From: Candidatus Poriferihabitaceae bacterium
GTDB lineage: Bacteria; Pseudomonadota; Gammaproteobacteria; Arenicellales; Poriferihabitantaceae
DNA: 64,000 nucleotides
Direction of reading: 5' to 3'
Assembly (NCBI GenBank): GCA_965204165.1
Contig: OZ241969.1
Coordinates: forward strand, 4,836,997 to 4,900,996
Shown here in pieces: positions 51,671 to 62,466 of the stretch. Under the pieces are notes generated by a model. It was not told where the DNA came from, did not search any database, and was given only the letters and a program-made list of their open reading frames with translations. The position numbers and the translations under genes were made by a program. Position 1 is the first letter of the stretch. Every line of letters begins with the position of its first letter.

Positions 51671-52903
51671 CTAGTTCACAAACTTCTCCTGCCAGATTTT
51701 CCCGCCGTCCTCTTCAGCAGGACGATACCGCCTGAACGCATCCGCGGCAATGCTGTCCGAGATCCGGACCGCCGCCTCCCTGACCGAATTCCGCGCAAGG
51801 TGCGCGTACCTGGCTGTGGTCTCCACCTGGCTGTGACCGAGCAACTTCCCGATCGCCGGGAGGCTCTCCCCCAACGCCAGCGCCCTCGATGCGAAGGAAT
51901 GACGGCAGTCGTGTATCCGCATGTCACTGATCCCCGCGCGTTCGCAGACGATCTTCCAGGGCGCCTGCAGGCTCTTCCTGTGCTTGCCCTCGGCTTTCCC
52001 CGGAAACACCCAGGGATTCCCGTTGATGCGTGGAATCCCCGAAAGCACCTTCACCGCCTCCGGGGACAGCGGAATGGACCGCTTGCCGGTCTTCGAATCC
52101 GGCAGATTCAGTTCCCCCGCATCCAGATCCACTTCCTGCCACTTCAGGGTCAGGATCTCGCTCTTCCGACAACCGGTCAGCAAAAGAAGGCGAATCGCCG
52201 CGACCGCGTGGACCGGGACGCCCTTGAGGTCCACGGCCTCGGCCAGCGTCCGGCCCAGCCTCCTGAATTCCTCGTCGCTCAGGAAACGCTCCCGCTTGCG
52301 TTGCTTGTACTTCACGATCGTGCGGCACGGGTTCCTGCCCTCCGGCAACCGTCCGTTGTCCTCCGCCAGCCGCCAGATGCCCGACAGCGCGTTCACCACC
52401 TGGTTGGCCATGGCGGGCGTCGCCCTCATCGAGTGATGCAGCGCCACCACCCTGGCCCGGCCGATGGACAGCGCCCGCTCCTTACCGAACGCGGGCACGA
52501 GGTGCCTTTCCACCATCACCCGGTACATTTCCCTCGTCTTCGGCTTGCAGCGGGGACCGACGTGTTTCTCCAGCCATTCCCCCGCCAGTTCACCGACCGT
52601 CGGGCATTCCTCCAATCCTGCCTCCATGGGCTCCGCCACAGGCTTCTCCCCCGCCTTGATCCGGGAGATGATCAGGGCCGCCCGGCGGCGCGCCTCGTCC
52701 GCCGTCAGCACCCCGTGACGGCCCACCGTCACCCTTTTTCCGGCCTTGCCGTCGGCGCGGGTCTGGACCACGTAGAACTTGCTCCCGGTCGGATACACCC
52801 GCACCCCGAATCCCGAAAGCTCCGAATCCCAGAACACCGTGTCCTTTTCAACTGCCAGTGCGGCTACCGTGCGTCCGGATATTCTTGTTTGCTTCAGTTT
52901 CAT
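51671..52903 (-). CDS. tyrosine integrase with arm domain (pair 2, gene 2)
   Basis: WDSELSGFGVRV; TGCRKSE, DSKTG, HDCRH, LGH, TARYAH. Confidence 0.93.
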   Translation of the reverse strand: MKLKQTRISGRTVAALAVEKDTVFWDSELSGFGVRVYPTGSKFYVVQTRADGKAGKRVTVGRHGVLTADEARRRAALIISRIKAGEKPVAEPMEAGLEECPTVGELAGEWLEKHVGPRCKPKTREMYRVMVERHLVPAFGKERALSIGRARVVALHHSMRATPAMANQVVNALSGIWRLAEDNGRLPEGRNPCRTIVKYKQRKRERFLSDEEFRRLGRTLAEAVDLKGVPVHAVAAIRLLLLTGCRKSEILTLKWQEVDLDAGELNLPDSKTGKRSIPLSPEAVKVLSGIPRINGNPWVFPGKAEGKHRKSLQAPWKIVCERAGISDMRIHDCRHSFASRALALGESLPAIGKLLGHSQVETTARYAHLARNSVREAAVRISDSIAADAFRRYRPAEEDGGKIWQEKFVN

Positions 52904-52998
52904 CTCTCTCAGTTTCTTTTTCAGGTGTCAGGATTGACCGGAGTCGGAGGCAGGTGCCTGTTCCTGACCGGTTTCCCGTATTCACAGAGTCAACTCTC

Positions 52999-54189
52999 TC
53001 ACCGCCCGCCAGATGCCGGCTGATCGAGCATGGAAGAAATACTCGCGGCGACCTTGTCCGCCGAGGCCTTTTCGGCGTCCTTCATCAGGTGGGCGTACTT
53101 CGCCGTGGTCTCCACCTTCCGATGGCCCAGCAACTCCCCGATCATCGGCAGTCCCTCGCCCAATGCCAGCGCCCTGGAGGCGTAACTGTGCCGCAGATCA
53201 TGAAGACGGACATTTTCCAGCTTCGCCCGATCCATGATCTTCCCCCAGTGATAGCCGAGCGATGGCCCAAGACGGGCCCCGGGACGACTGCCGACTATCA
53301 CCCAGGGGTTGCCGTCGATCCGGGAAATCCCGTCCAGCACCGCCAGCACCGCCGGCGTCAGCGGCACATGCCGCAGCCCGGTCTTTCCATCCCTCAGATT
53401 CAACGTGCCCACGGAACGGTCGACATCATCCCACTTCAGGGTCAGGATCTCGTCCCTGCGGCATCCCGTAAGCAGCAGGAGACGGATTGCATGAATCGCC
53501 GGCAGGCATACGGAACCGTCCGACTCCGCTTCATCCAGCGCGTCCCCCAGTTTTCCGTATTCTTCGGAAGACAGGAAACGTTCGCGGGACTTCTCCCGGT
53601 AGTAGCGCACGGAACGGCACAGGTCACGCCCGGGCGGCATCATCTCCCAGGCCTCCGCGAGCCGGAACATGCCCGAAAGCGTCTTCACGGTCCGGTTCGC
53701 CTGGAAGGGCCTGTCCCGCAGCTTGTGGTGCAGGGCCGAGACATGGGACCGCTCCAGTTCCGACAGGGGAATGTGCCCGAGTTCGGGCACGATATGCAGG
53801 CGGGTCAATCCTTCCGATTTCCGGATCGTGCCCGGCTTGCAGTTGACCCTGACATGGGACTCCATGTACCGTTCGGCCAGGTCGGCCACCGTGGGTTCCG
53901 GCACCGCCGGGGGCGGGACGGGCGGAAGGCCCTGCTTGATCCGGTCGATGACGGTGACCGCGTCCTGGCGCGCCTTCTCGGGCGTCACTTCTCCATAGCG
54001 CCCGAGAGCCTTGCGTTTCGGCTTGCCCGAAGGTCCCCGGACCTGGACGCACCAGACCTTGCGGCCGGTGGAATAGACCCGGACGCCGAACCCCGGGAGG
54101 TCCCTGTCCCAGACCACGGTATCGCCGGAAGAGACGGATAGTGCGTCGACGGCGCGTTTGGTAAGCTTGACGGGTTGCGGTACGGTCAT
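52999..54189 (-). CDS. tyrosine integrase with arm domain (pair 2, gene 1)
   Basis: WDRDLPGFGVRV; TGCRRDE, DGKTG, HDLRH, LGH, TAKYAH; likely ATG 54189. Confidence 0.93.
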   Translation of the reverse strand: MTVPQPVKLTKRAVDALSVSSGDTVVWDRDLPGFGVRVYSTGRKVWCVQVRGPSGKPKRKALGRYGEVTPEKARQDAVTVIDRIKQGLPPVPPPAVPEPTVADLAERYMESHVRVNCKPGTIRKSEGLTRLHIVPELGHIPLSELERSHVSALHHKLRDRPFQANRTVKTLSGMFRLAEAWEMMPPGRDLCRSVRYYREKSRERFLSSEEYGKLGDALDEAESDGSVCLPAIHAIRLLLLTGCRRDEILTLKWDDVDRSVGTLNLRDGKTGLRHVPLTPAVLAVLDGISRIDGNPWVIVGSRPGARLGPSLGYHWGKIMDRAKLENVRLHDLRHSYASRALALGEGLPMIGELLGHRKVETTAKYAHLMKDAEKASADKVAASISSMLDQPASGGR

Positions 54190-54342
54190 GGCGTGGTTTC
54201 CATCGAACATTCGGGCTGAAATAATCTTCGAGGGAAATGGTACTTCAGCCGTAATCGAATCGCAACCGAATGAGGTCAATCCGGGTCGTTTCCAATGGTG
54301 CGTTTGGCCGGTTCTGATTGGGAAACGCGAAAGAAATTCTAA

Positions 54343-54355
54343 AATCAACTTATTG
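54343..54355. promoter_or_regulatory. IHF-binding consensus site near the island's right border
   Basis: AATCAACTTATTG matches WATCAANNNNTTR. Confidence 0.5.
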
Positions 54356-54522
54356 ATATACAACAATTAATCATACGTGAAGGCAGGCAATGTTACGCTT
54401 GGGAATGAGTCTATGGGAATTCTGTTGTATAATTCCCGGTCCCCGCAAAGAACAGACCAGGCGCCCCGGGATTGCGCCCGAGCGACGTATAATCCGCGTC
54501 AAAATCAATCTGTCAATACAAA

Positions 54523-55491
54523 ATGTCCACCGTTGCCCTGCTTTTTCCGGGTCAGGGATCACAGTATCCCGGCATTGGCAAGGATCTCCATGAACAGCAC
54601 CTGGTGGTGCGAGACACGTATACCGAGGCGTCGGAAGTACTCGGGTTCGACATTGCGCGACTGTCCTTCGAGGATCCGGCGTCCGAGATCAACCTGACAC
54701 GCAACACCCAGCCGGTGCTGCTGACCCATTCCATCGCCTGCCACCGGCTGTTCGACGAACTGACCGGCGGGGGCATATCCCCCTCCATGGCGGCGGGCCA
54801 CAGCCTTGGCGAATACTCAGCCCTGGTCGCGGCGGGCGCGCTCAGTTTCGCGCTGGGGCTCAAGCTGGTGCGGCGGCGGGGCGAACTCATGGGAGAGTTC
54901 GGCGAAGGCGAAATGGAAGCGCTCATGGTCGATCTCGAATCCGCCACGACCCTGGCCGAGCAGCACTACTGCGGCATTGCCGCATGCAACCTGCCGGAGC
55001 AGATCGTGGTGGGAGGCCGCCCGGATGACCTGGACGCGCTGGTCGCCACCATGGGGGAAAGGTTCCCCCGCAAGCGCAGCGCCCGCCTGAAAACCGAGGG
55101 CGCCTTCCACACCTACTACATGGTGGAGGCGGCCAGGCGATTTCGCCCGGTGCTGGAAGAGGCCGGATTCGGGACGCCCGCATTCCCCGTGCTGTCGAAC
55201 TTCACCGGCGGCGTGCATGACGCAAGCCCCGATTCCATCCGCTCCGGCCTGTTCCTGCAGCTGTTCAATCCGGTGCTGTGGCACCGCAACCTGCTGACCG
55301 CCGGCGGGCTTGGCGCGGACATCATGATCGAGTTCGGCGGCGGGCTTGGGGGCGGGGAGACCGCGGCGGACAAGCGGCCCAACCTGGAGGGCATCGTGAA
55401 AAAGGCATTCCGCGGCACCGAGAACCAGCCGGCCTATTTCCCGGTGATCAATGCCAGAACGCTGGAGGAAACCGTCGCGGCACTGGGCTGA
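54523..55491 (+). CDS. fabD: ACP S-malonyltransferase (FabD-like)
   Basis: FPGQGSQ, TQP, GHSLGE, AFH motifs. Confidence 0.8.
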   Translation: MSTVALLFPGQGSQYPGIGKDLHEQHLVVRDTYTEASEVLGFDIARLSFEDPASEINLTRNTQPVLLTHSIACHRLFDELTGGGISPSMAAGHSLGEYSALVAAGALSFALGLKLVRRRGELMGEFGEGEMEALMVDLESATTLAEQHYCGIAACNLPEQIVVGGRPDDLDALVATMGERFPRKRSARLKTEGAFHTYYMVEAARRFRPVLEEAGFGTPAFPVLSNFTGGVHDASPDSIRSGLFLQLFNPVLWHRNLLTAGGLGADIMIEFGGGLGGGETAADKRPNLEGIVKKAFRGTENQPAYFPVINARTLEETVAALG

Positions 55492-55567
55492 CAGCGGCCC
55501 GTCCCGGTCAAGCAGCTGTGGTCGAGCATCCCCGGATGGACCATCCCCGGTCCATGGCGCCCGCCGC

Positions 55568-56518
55568 CTATCCCTGGTGCAGAACCCGCACGTGTTCGGT
55601 CACCGACCGCGCCAGGGCCTGCAGGTCGTACCCGCCTTCCAGTACGGCAGCGAGCCGCCCGGCGCAGCACTGGTCCGCCAGATCCATCACCGCCCGGGTC
55701 ATCCAGGCATAACTCTCATCGGTGAGGTTGATGAAACCCAGGGGGTCCGCCTGGTGGGCGTCGAAGCCGGCGGAAACCAGGATGAAATCCGGGTTGAACG
55801 CCCTGGCCTTCGGCAGCACCACTTCCTCGAACGCCTGCCGATAGTGTTCGTCCCCTGATCCGGGGCTCATGGGACAGTTCACCGTGGCGCCCTCGCCGGC
55901 ACCGCCACCGGTTTCCGAGCGGGCGCCGGTGCCCGGGTAGTGGGGATACTGGTGCAGGCTGATGAACATCACGCTGGGGTCCCGCTCGAAGGTGTGCTGG
56001 GTGCCGTTGCCGTGGTGGACGTCCCAATCCAGAACCAGCACGCGTTCGACGCCGTGCCGCTGCTGCAGGTAGCGCGCGGCGATTGCCACGCTGTTGTACA
56101 GGCAGAACCCCATGGCCGCATCGTGTTCCGCATGGTGGCCCGGCGGCCGCACCAGGGCAAAGCCATTGTCCGCGTTCCCTTCCATGACCTCGTCGGCCAG
56201 TGCCAGCAGGCTGCCGGTGGCCCTGGATGCCACCTCCGCGGATTCCGTTGAAACCGCCACATCCGGCGTATCGATCCAGGGGCTGCCGTCTGCGCAGGCC
56301 TGCCGGATGCGTTCGGCGTAGCCCGGCCTGTGAACCAGCTCGATCCACCGCTGCTCCACGGGCACCGCCGCCACCTGCTGCAGGTTTCCGTACCAGTCCT
56401 GGCGTGAAATCAGCTCCTGCACCGCACTGAGGCGCGCACTCCGCTCCGGATGACCCATTCCGGTATTGTGTGTCTGGAAAACGGGGTCATGGACGTAGGC
56501 GGTTTTCATGTCGGTCAT
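55568..56518 (-). CDS. histone deacetylase-family amidohydrolase
   Basis: HPE, RPPGHHA, DWDVHHGNGTQ, SAGFDAH, LEGGY. Confidence 0.95.
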   Translation of the reverse strand: MTDMKTAYVHDPVFQTHNTGMGHPERSARLSAVQELISRQDWYGNLQQVAAVPVEQRWIELVHRPGYAERIRQACADGSPWIDTPDVAVSTESAEVASRATGSLLALADEVMEGNADNGFALVRPPGHHAEHDAAMGFCLYNSVAIAARYLQQRHGVERVLVLDWDVHHGNGTQHTFERDPSVMFISLHQYPHYPGTGARSETGGGAGEGATVNCPMSPGSGDEHYRQAFEEVVLPKARAFNPDFILVSAGFDAHQADPLGFINLTDESYAWMTRAVMDLADQCCAGRLAAVLEGGYDLQALARSVTEHVRVLHQG

Positions 56519-56681
56519 ACAACGCTTGGCATGCGCCGAGTGTAGCATGGCGCCCCGGCTGCCCATCGGCGGGGAGAAATCATGACCGCCTGGTAGTCCC
56601 GACGAATCAGGACGGATCGGATGCCTCCGTGCCCGGGCGGCCGGATGCGCCGCGGCCCCCGCGGCCCCTCCCCGTTTCCGC

Positions 56682-57737
56682 CTACTTCCGCCGCCGCCGC
56701 CTTGGCCGCCCTTCCCCGCGGTCGGACACGGCCCCGGCCGCGACGCTCATCTCCCCACGCAGCTGCGCCTGGGCACCCGTCGAAATCTCCCCGAGCCGCG
56801 CCTTGAGCAACTCGAGGTCCGGGGGATCCCGCCGGACATGCCCGTCGATGACACCGCGCATGGCCGCCACATGTCCCGGCGTCGTGCCGCAGCACCCACC
56901 GACCACCGTGGCCCCGGCATCAATGGCGATCCCCGCATAATCCCCCATGATCTCCCGGGTTCCGCTGTAGACGATCTTGCCGTCGACATATTCCGGCACC
57001 CCGCAATTCGCCTTGACGATGATCACCGGATGGAAGTCATGCTGCACACAGGCGGCCTTCATGTTCAGGACGGCGGCGACGGATTCCGACGGCCCGACAC
57101 CGCAGTTGACGCCGATCGCGTAGGGCTGCCGGGGCATCGATTTGGCAAATACCACGATGTCCGCGGGCGTCAGGCCCATCATGGTGCGCCCGTTGGTGTC
57201 CACGCTGAAGGTCGTGATGATGGGAAGGCCGACCCTGGCCGCGCCGGTGGCCGCGGCTTCGGTCTCCTCCCTCGAGGACATGGTTTCGATCCAGAAGATA
57301 TCGGCGCCACCTGCCTTGAGTGCTCTCGCCTGCTCCTCGAAGGCGTCCGCCGCGTCTTCCAGGCTGAGGGTGCCGAGGGGCTGCATGATCTCGCCCGTGG
57401 GACCCATGGACCCGGCGACGAGAACCTTCCGGCCTGCACGGTCGGCCTGCCGCCTTGCCAGTCTCGCGGCCTTTTCGTTCAGTTCGGCGACGCGGTGTTC
57501 GGCACCGTGCAGCATCAGGCGATAACGGGTGCCGCCGAAGCTGTTGGTCAGGACGATGTCGGATCCGGCGTCAATGAATTTCTGGCAAAGGCCAGCGACC
57601 TTCTCCGGACAGATATCATTCCAGAGTTCCGGCGATTCACCGGTCTCGAGACCGGTTTCGAACAGGTTCGAGCCGGTGGCGCCATCCGTCAGGAGGATGC
57701 CTTTTTCTTTCAGCAGCGCGTCGAGAGCGTTTTCCAT
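56682..57737 (-). CDS. homocysteine S-methyltransferase family (betaine-homocysteine type)
   Basis: DGATGSNL, GVNCG, GGCCGTT Zn ligands. Confidence 0.9.
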   Translation of the reverse strand: MENALDALLKEKGILLTDGATGSNLFETGLETGESPELWNDICPEKVAGLCQKFIDAGSDIVLTNSFGGTRYRLMLHGAEHRVAELNEKAARLARRQADRAGRKVLVAGSMGPTGEIMQPLGTLSLEDAADAFEEQARALKAGGADIFWIETMSSREETEAAATGAARVGLPIITTFSVDTNGRTMMGLTPADIVVFAKSMPRQPYAIGVNCGVGPSESVAAVLNMKAACVQHDFHPVIIVKANCGVPEYVDGKIVYSGTREIMGDYAGIAIDAGATVVGGCCGTTPGHVAAMRGVIDGHVRRDPPDLELLKARLGEISTGAQAQLRGEMSVAAGAVSDRGEGRPRRRRRK

Positions 57738-57918
57738 GTCCAGGTCCAGGGGGCAGGCAGAATGATATAAACATTCCTTTATATTATTGTATTGTAACGG
57801 ATTTCACCCCTCCGGTAAATGCACCAGACCGCCTCCAACAATGATAGCCTTCCGATGCGGAACCGTGCTTCCGGGAAACGGTCTTACACACCGCAATATA
57901 CAGGAATTCATTCGATCC

Positions 57919-58348
57919 ATGACGTACAGCCTTCGTATCATCCTCCTTCGTATCTTGCTGCCGCTCTGCCTGCTGCTGTCCACGCTCCCCCTTGCGCGCC
58001 GAGGTGGTCGACATATCAAGCGCCGAGCTGCAATCCCTGGTTTCCCGGGGCGTGCCGGTGGTGGACATCCGCGTTGCCTGGGAATGGCGGGAAACCGGCG
58101 TGGTGCCCGGCAGCCGGAAAATGACGTTTTTCGACGACCGGGGCGGGTACGACGCCGGCGCCTGGCTTGCGTCGCTGAGCCGGGTGGCCGGCCGCGACGA
58201 GCCGGTCATCCTGATCTGCCACACCGGGGTGCGCTCCCGGGTCATTGCCAACTGGCTCAGCGGGGGCGTAGGCTACAGTAGGGTCTACAACGTCACCCGG
58301 GGAATCGACGACTGGATCCGCCTCGGCCACCCCACTACAGGAGGCTAG
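57919..58348 (+). CDS. rhodanese-like protein; signal peptide out of frame at a C5 run (57987-57991)
   Basis: VVDIR, LICHTGVRS, GIDDW; the frame from ATG 57919 joins the domain if one C is removed. Confidence 0.75.
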
Positions 58349-58353
58349 CTCCC

Positions 58354-58779
58354 TTGACCAACGACGCCCTTGAACTGGACCGCATCATCGAAACCATGGA
58401 CTTCCTGCCGGACTGGGAGATGCGCTACCAGTTCCTGGATGAGCTGGGCGAGAAGCTTGACCCCATGTTGCCGGAAGACATGGTGTCCACGAACAGCGTA
58501 CCGCCCTGCATGAGCACGGTCTACGTCAAGGCCAGGCCCATGGTCAGCGACCCGTCCCGCATCCGTTTCGAAGGTTTCTGCGACACCCCGACGATCAAGG
58601 GCGTGGTGGCCATCCTCGTGGCGCTGTTTTCCGGCAAGACCCCGCGTGAGGTGGTGGATCTGGACGCCGACGCAATGTTCTCCCGCCTGCAACTCTTCGA
58701 GCACCTGAGTCCCACGCGGCATGTGGGCGTCTATGCCATCGTGCAGAAGATGAAGACGCAGGCGCAGGATCTTCTCTAG
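58354..58779 (+). CDS. sufE: SufE-family Fe-S metabolism protein
   Basis: WEMRYQFLDELG, conserved Cys in VPPCMSTV, HLSPTR. Confidence 0.85.
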   Translation: MTNDALELDRIIETMDFLPDWEMRYQFLDELGEKLDPMLPEDMVSTNSVPPCMSTVYVKARPMVSDPSRIRFEGFCDTPTIKGVVAILVALFSGKTPREVVDLDADAMFSRLQLFEHLSPTRHVGVYAIVQKMKTQAQDLL

Positions 58780-58884
58780 CGCCCTCCCCTTTCCGGAACG
58801 GCACCGGAAGGACCGCGGCCCCTGTGCCGCCCTGCGGTTACGGAAACTTCCATTCCCTGGGCCGCCGGAAGCTGGCGGAACCCG

Positions 58885-59514
58885 CTATCCCACCACCACC
58901 GTATAACTCGGGACCACCGTCTCCGACTCCTTGGCGGTTGCCGGAAACCGCGCCGTCACCATCGCCCGGAGATCCTCGGGAACCCGGAGATAGAGGAAAT
59001 CGGATGCGTTCCGTGCCTCTCCCTCCAGGTAGAACTGCGTGGTCAGCGCGGACATCCCGGGGGCGGATATCCTGGCGTGGATATGCGGCGTGCGGCCGGG
59101 ATAGCTGACGGGGCGAATGGTGCGGAAGCGGTACTCGCCCTGTCCCGAAGTGCGGGTGAATCCATAGCCCTGGAACTCCGGCTCCGAGACATCGCCCCGA
59201 TCCCGCGGATGCTTGTAGGCACCGAAGGCGTCACACTGCCAGATTTCCACCTTCGCGCCGGGGACGGGATTGCCATTGGTATCAACCACCCTGCCGGTGA
59301 CATGCGCGACGATCCCGGTTGCCGGCCGGGACATCCCCTCCACCTGCACCAGGTCGGCATCGGCGTCCAGGGGGATTTTCACGGGGTAGAACGGGCCCGT
59401 GGTCTGCCTCGGGGTCGTCCTGAGGGTCGCGAGTGCCCCCGCGGCCGGAGCCAATGCGGCGAGGCCCGCCGCCCTGACCAGCGTTCTGCGGGTGACCGAC
59501 AGCTTCTGAGTCAT
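58885..59514 (-). CDS. Tat-exported intradiol ring-cleavage dioxygenase-like protein
   Basis: TRRTLV twin-Arg signal; GPFY, EIWQCD..G.Y, YPGRTPHIH. Confidence 0.88.
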   Translation of the reverse strand: MTQKLSVTRRTLVRAAGLAALAPAAGALATLRTTPRQTTGPFYPVKIPLDADADLVQVEGMSRPATGIVAHVTGRVVDTNGNPVPGAKVEIWQCDAFGAYKHPRDRGDVSEPEFQGYGFTRTSGQGEYRFRTIRPVSYPGRTPHIHARISAPGMSALTTQFYLEGEARNASDFLYLRVPEDLRAMVTARFPATAKESETVVPSYTVVVG

Positions 59515-59735
59515 ACGCGTATTACCGTCCTTTTGGCGTGGGCCGGGCATGAACCGGGGTTTTCGGCCTCCTTGCCACGCCCTGCAGCACGGAGATTCGG
59601 CGCCGGGCCATGATCGCCCAGTAGGGTATGGAGACGATGATAGCATCCCTTCGGGCCTTCACGAAAAGACCCCCCTTCCCTGGAGAAGCCCCCGCAGCTT
59701 CCATCGCGGGGACAGGCGGCCGGACCGGCCGGGGG

Positions 59736-59891
59736 CTACTTGATCTTGCCTTCCTTGTAGATGACGTGCTTGCGCACAACGGGATCATATTTCCTGATCT
59801 CCATCTTCTCGGTCATGGTGCGCTTGTTCTTGGTCGTGGTGTAGTAATGACCGGTACCGGCACTGGATACCAGCTTGATCTTGTCTCGCAT
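59736..59891 (-). CDS. rpmG: 50S ribosomal protein L33 (below ORF-track cutoff)
   Basis: Manual translation [51 protein letters not shown]. Confidence 0.97.
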   Translation of the reverse strand: MRDKIKLVSSAGTGHYYTTTKNKRTMTEKMEIRKYDPVVRKHVIYKEGKIK

Positions 59892-59902
59892 GATGAATCC
59901 TC

Positions 59903-60139
59903 TCAGATTTTTTCCCCGCGGGCGCGCATGTCCGTCAGGACCGCATCGATACCCTTCTTGTCGATAATGCGAAGCCCGGTGGTGGAGACCCGCAGTTTCA
60001 CCCAGCGGTTCTCGTTCTCCACCCAGAAACGGCGGTAATGCAGGTTGGGCTGGAACTTGCGCCGGGTCTTGTTGTGGGCGTGGGACACGTTATTGCCCAT
60101 CATCACCTGCTTTCCGGTTACTTGACATACTCTCGCCAT
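59903..60139 (-). CDS. rpmB: 50S ribosomal protein L28
   Basis: [10 protein letters not shown]...[19 protein letters not shown]. Confidence 0.98.
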   Translation of the reverse strand: MARVCQVTGKQVMMGNNVSHAHNKTRRKFQPNLHYRRFWVENENRWVKLRVSTTGLRIIDKKGIDAVLTDMRARGEKI

Positions 60140-60234
60140 CGCCCGACTCCTGGGTATCATCTGTTGGGTTGTCTCAGGGGGCGCGATTTATACCAGAAAC
60201 AGGCCCCAATGTGTAGTCCGGGCCCCCGCCCCCG

Positions 60235-62349
60235 CAAGGCAAATTTGTTCTGATTCGCCCGAAGAGATCGTTACTGCCGTGCTTGGGATTTATCACGGAT
60301 TATTTTGGCCACTTTGGACTGAATTGGGCGCCATGGTGGTTACACCGGGCAGGTTGATGTTCCCGGAGGTGGATTTCCGTTCCGTTGAGGCATGACTGTT
60401 CCCGCCCCTGTGTGTTGAGGGGCTGAGGATTCGGGGCCTGGAGGGATGCTCAGCCGGTAGCCGGGTTTGGCCTGGCGTTGTCGGTCATCTTGAGGAAGTC
60501 GAGCATGCGTCGGGGATTCCTGGCGAGGTGGCGCATGGTTTCGGCGACGGCGAGTCCCCGGCTCTGTATGATGCCGATGGCGAATCGCCTGAGGCGGGAC
60601 ATGTTCTGGGGACCGTGTCCGGCCCGGATTCGGCTGCGGTCCTCGTCGAAGGTCCAGTCGAGGACATGATGCATGGCCTCGACGGACCAGTGCCCGCGGT
60701 TGAGGGAGAGGATTCGCTCGGGGGAGGCGTCATTTGGGGTCAGGCTGGTGATTCCGTAGGCGATCTCACGGCGTTTCCTGCCGGTTGCGGTTTCGGTGGT
60801 TTCACGCATCACGGCGAAGACCTGTCCGACGTTGGGGAACTGGAGGTAGTGGTTGAGCTTGTCCGAGACCCAGACGGAACGGCGCTCCCGGCGGCCATGG
60901 ACGGGTTTGGGGGCCTGGTCGGTGAAGTCCGGCGGACGGCGCTGGATGTGGCGGTCGAGGAGCAGTCGGATATCGGCGAGCAGGTTTTTCTGGTTGCCCT
61001 TGACGGTGAAGAGGTAGTGGGCGCGGCGTCCGTGGAGATAGTCGGCGAGCTTGCGTTGGGTGAGCATGGCATCGGTGGTGATGGTGCATCCTTCGATGTC
61101 GGAGAGGGTGTCGAGCAGCGGGATGACGATGCCGATCTCGTTGGTGCGTTTGGTTTCGTCATCGGCCCCCGGTTTCAGGCCGACTTTTTTTGACTCCAGG
61201 GGATTCCGGTGTGGTGGCCGACGGCGCCGAGCACATGGGGCCGGTTGCCCTGGTCATCGATGGCGCCCCGGATGGTCTTGCCGTCGACGGCAATGGCGGT
61301 GTCCTTTGGGCCATGGACCTGGTGCCACGCCCGCAGGGCGGCATCGAACTGGTCCGGGTCGATGCGGATGAGGACGCTGCGGATGGCGGACAGGCTGGGC
61401 ACCTGGTGTCCGCTCCTGGAACGGCGTACGCGGAAACGTTCCAGGACCCTGGGGCTGAGGTCGTCGATCCATTCGCTCATGGCCTTGTAGCCGCGCATGC
61501 CGCAGAGCGTGGCCGCTGCGGCCAATGCCAGCATGGTGGACAGGGCGTGGCGGCGGCCCTGGCGGCGTCGGGGATCGTCGATGTCGCGGAAGAAGTCGGG
61601 CAGGGATCGCATCTGTTCGGCGGTGAGAGTCATCCTGGGTACTCCATGTTGCAGTGTGGTGTCGAGGCAGGGGTCCCGGAGGCGGGCGCGGGCGGTGCGC
61701 GACAGGGGATGGACGAAGACGAGCTTGGGATTTGCGTGTTCGCTGTAGCCCGGGCCCTCGCGGCCGAAGCCCCGGGTATGCCCGACCTCGATCCAGTTGG
61801 CGGCGCGGTAGACGGTGCCGTGGAAGCGGGCGGGGTCGACGAAGGTCTCCACCAGCAGGAGGCCGTGACCGAAGCGGAGCGGCCAGTCGCGGGCGAGGCG
61901 GCGGGTGCACAGGGAAAGCACGCGCGAGCCGAGGTTGCGCGGTGCGCCGGGCAGGATCAGGAAGCGCGAGTTGTTGGTGATCAGGTGCAGGCGGCCGAAC
62001 CGGATGCCGTACTCCCAGCCGATCCACCGGTCCCGGGCGCCGCATTTCAGCGCCGATGCCGAGAACATGGCCAGTGCCAGCCAGCGCCCCCGGTGATGGG
62101 CCACATAGCGCAGCGTCTCGCCCCGCGCCGGCACCGCGCCGAGATAGTGATGCGCCTGCATCAGATCCCGGAACCGGGATTCATCTCTCGCCGGTATGAT
62201 GTCTACCGACACCTCTGAAAGGTCCACCTTGCGTATGTCCGTCTGATGGTCTTGTGACGGGATTTATACCAGTACCCGGGGGAAAAGTCCAGTGTTTGGG
62301 GTAAGTCCTTTGACCGGAAGAAAAAACTCTGCAGAAAAGAATTACCCTG
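60235..62349 (-). mobile_element. ISAs1-family element with DUF4338-fused transposase
   Basis: 10-bp TSD CCCGCCCCCG (60225-60234, 62350-62359); imperfect 18-bp IR. Confidence 0.88.
60450..62227 (-). CDS. DUF4338-ISAs1 transposase, two frames joined by a probable -1 frameshift at A7G (61191-61184)
   Basis: HHYLG, NNSRFLILP, GTVYRAANW; AVDGKTIRG; -1 frame gives TNEI, TTDAM, VKGNQ, HWSVE, FDED. Confidence 0.85.
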
Positions 62350-62466
62350 CCCGCCCCCGGGGCGGCGTCCTCCGCCCCGATTCCGCGGGACTGCCCCGAC
62401 AATCCACCCCGCAGGCGCGATGGGAGACTACAATCGCGTTATGGTCAGGTTCCTGCAGATCGCGCA

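Noticed and set aside
54190-54522. tRNA/tmRNA integration site at the island border
   Set aside because: No cloverleaf or T-loop/CCA pattern seen.
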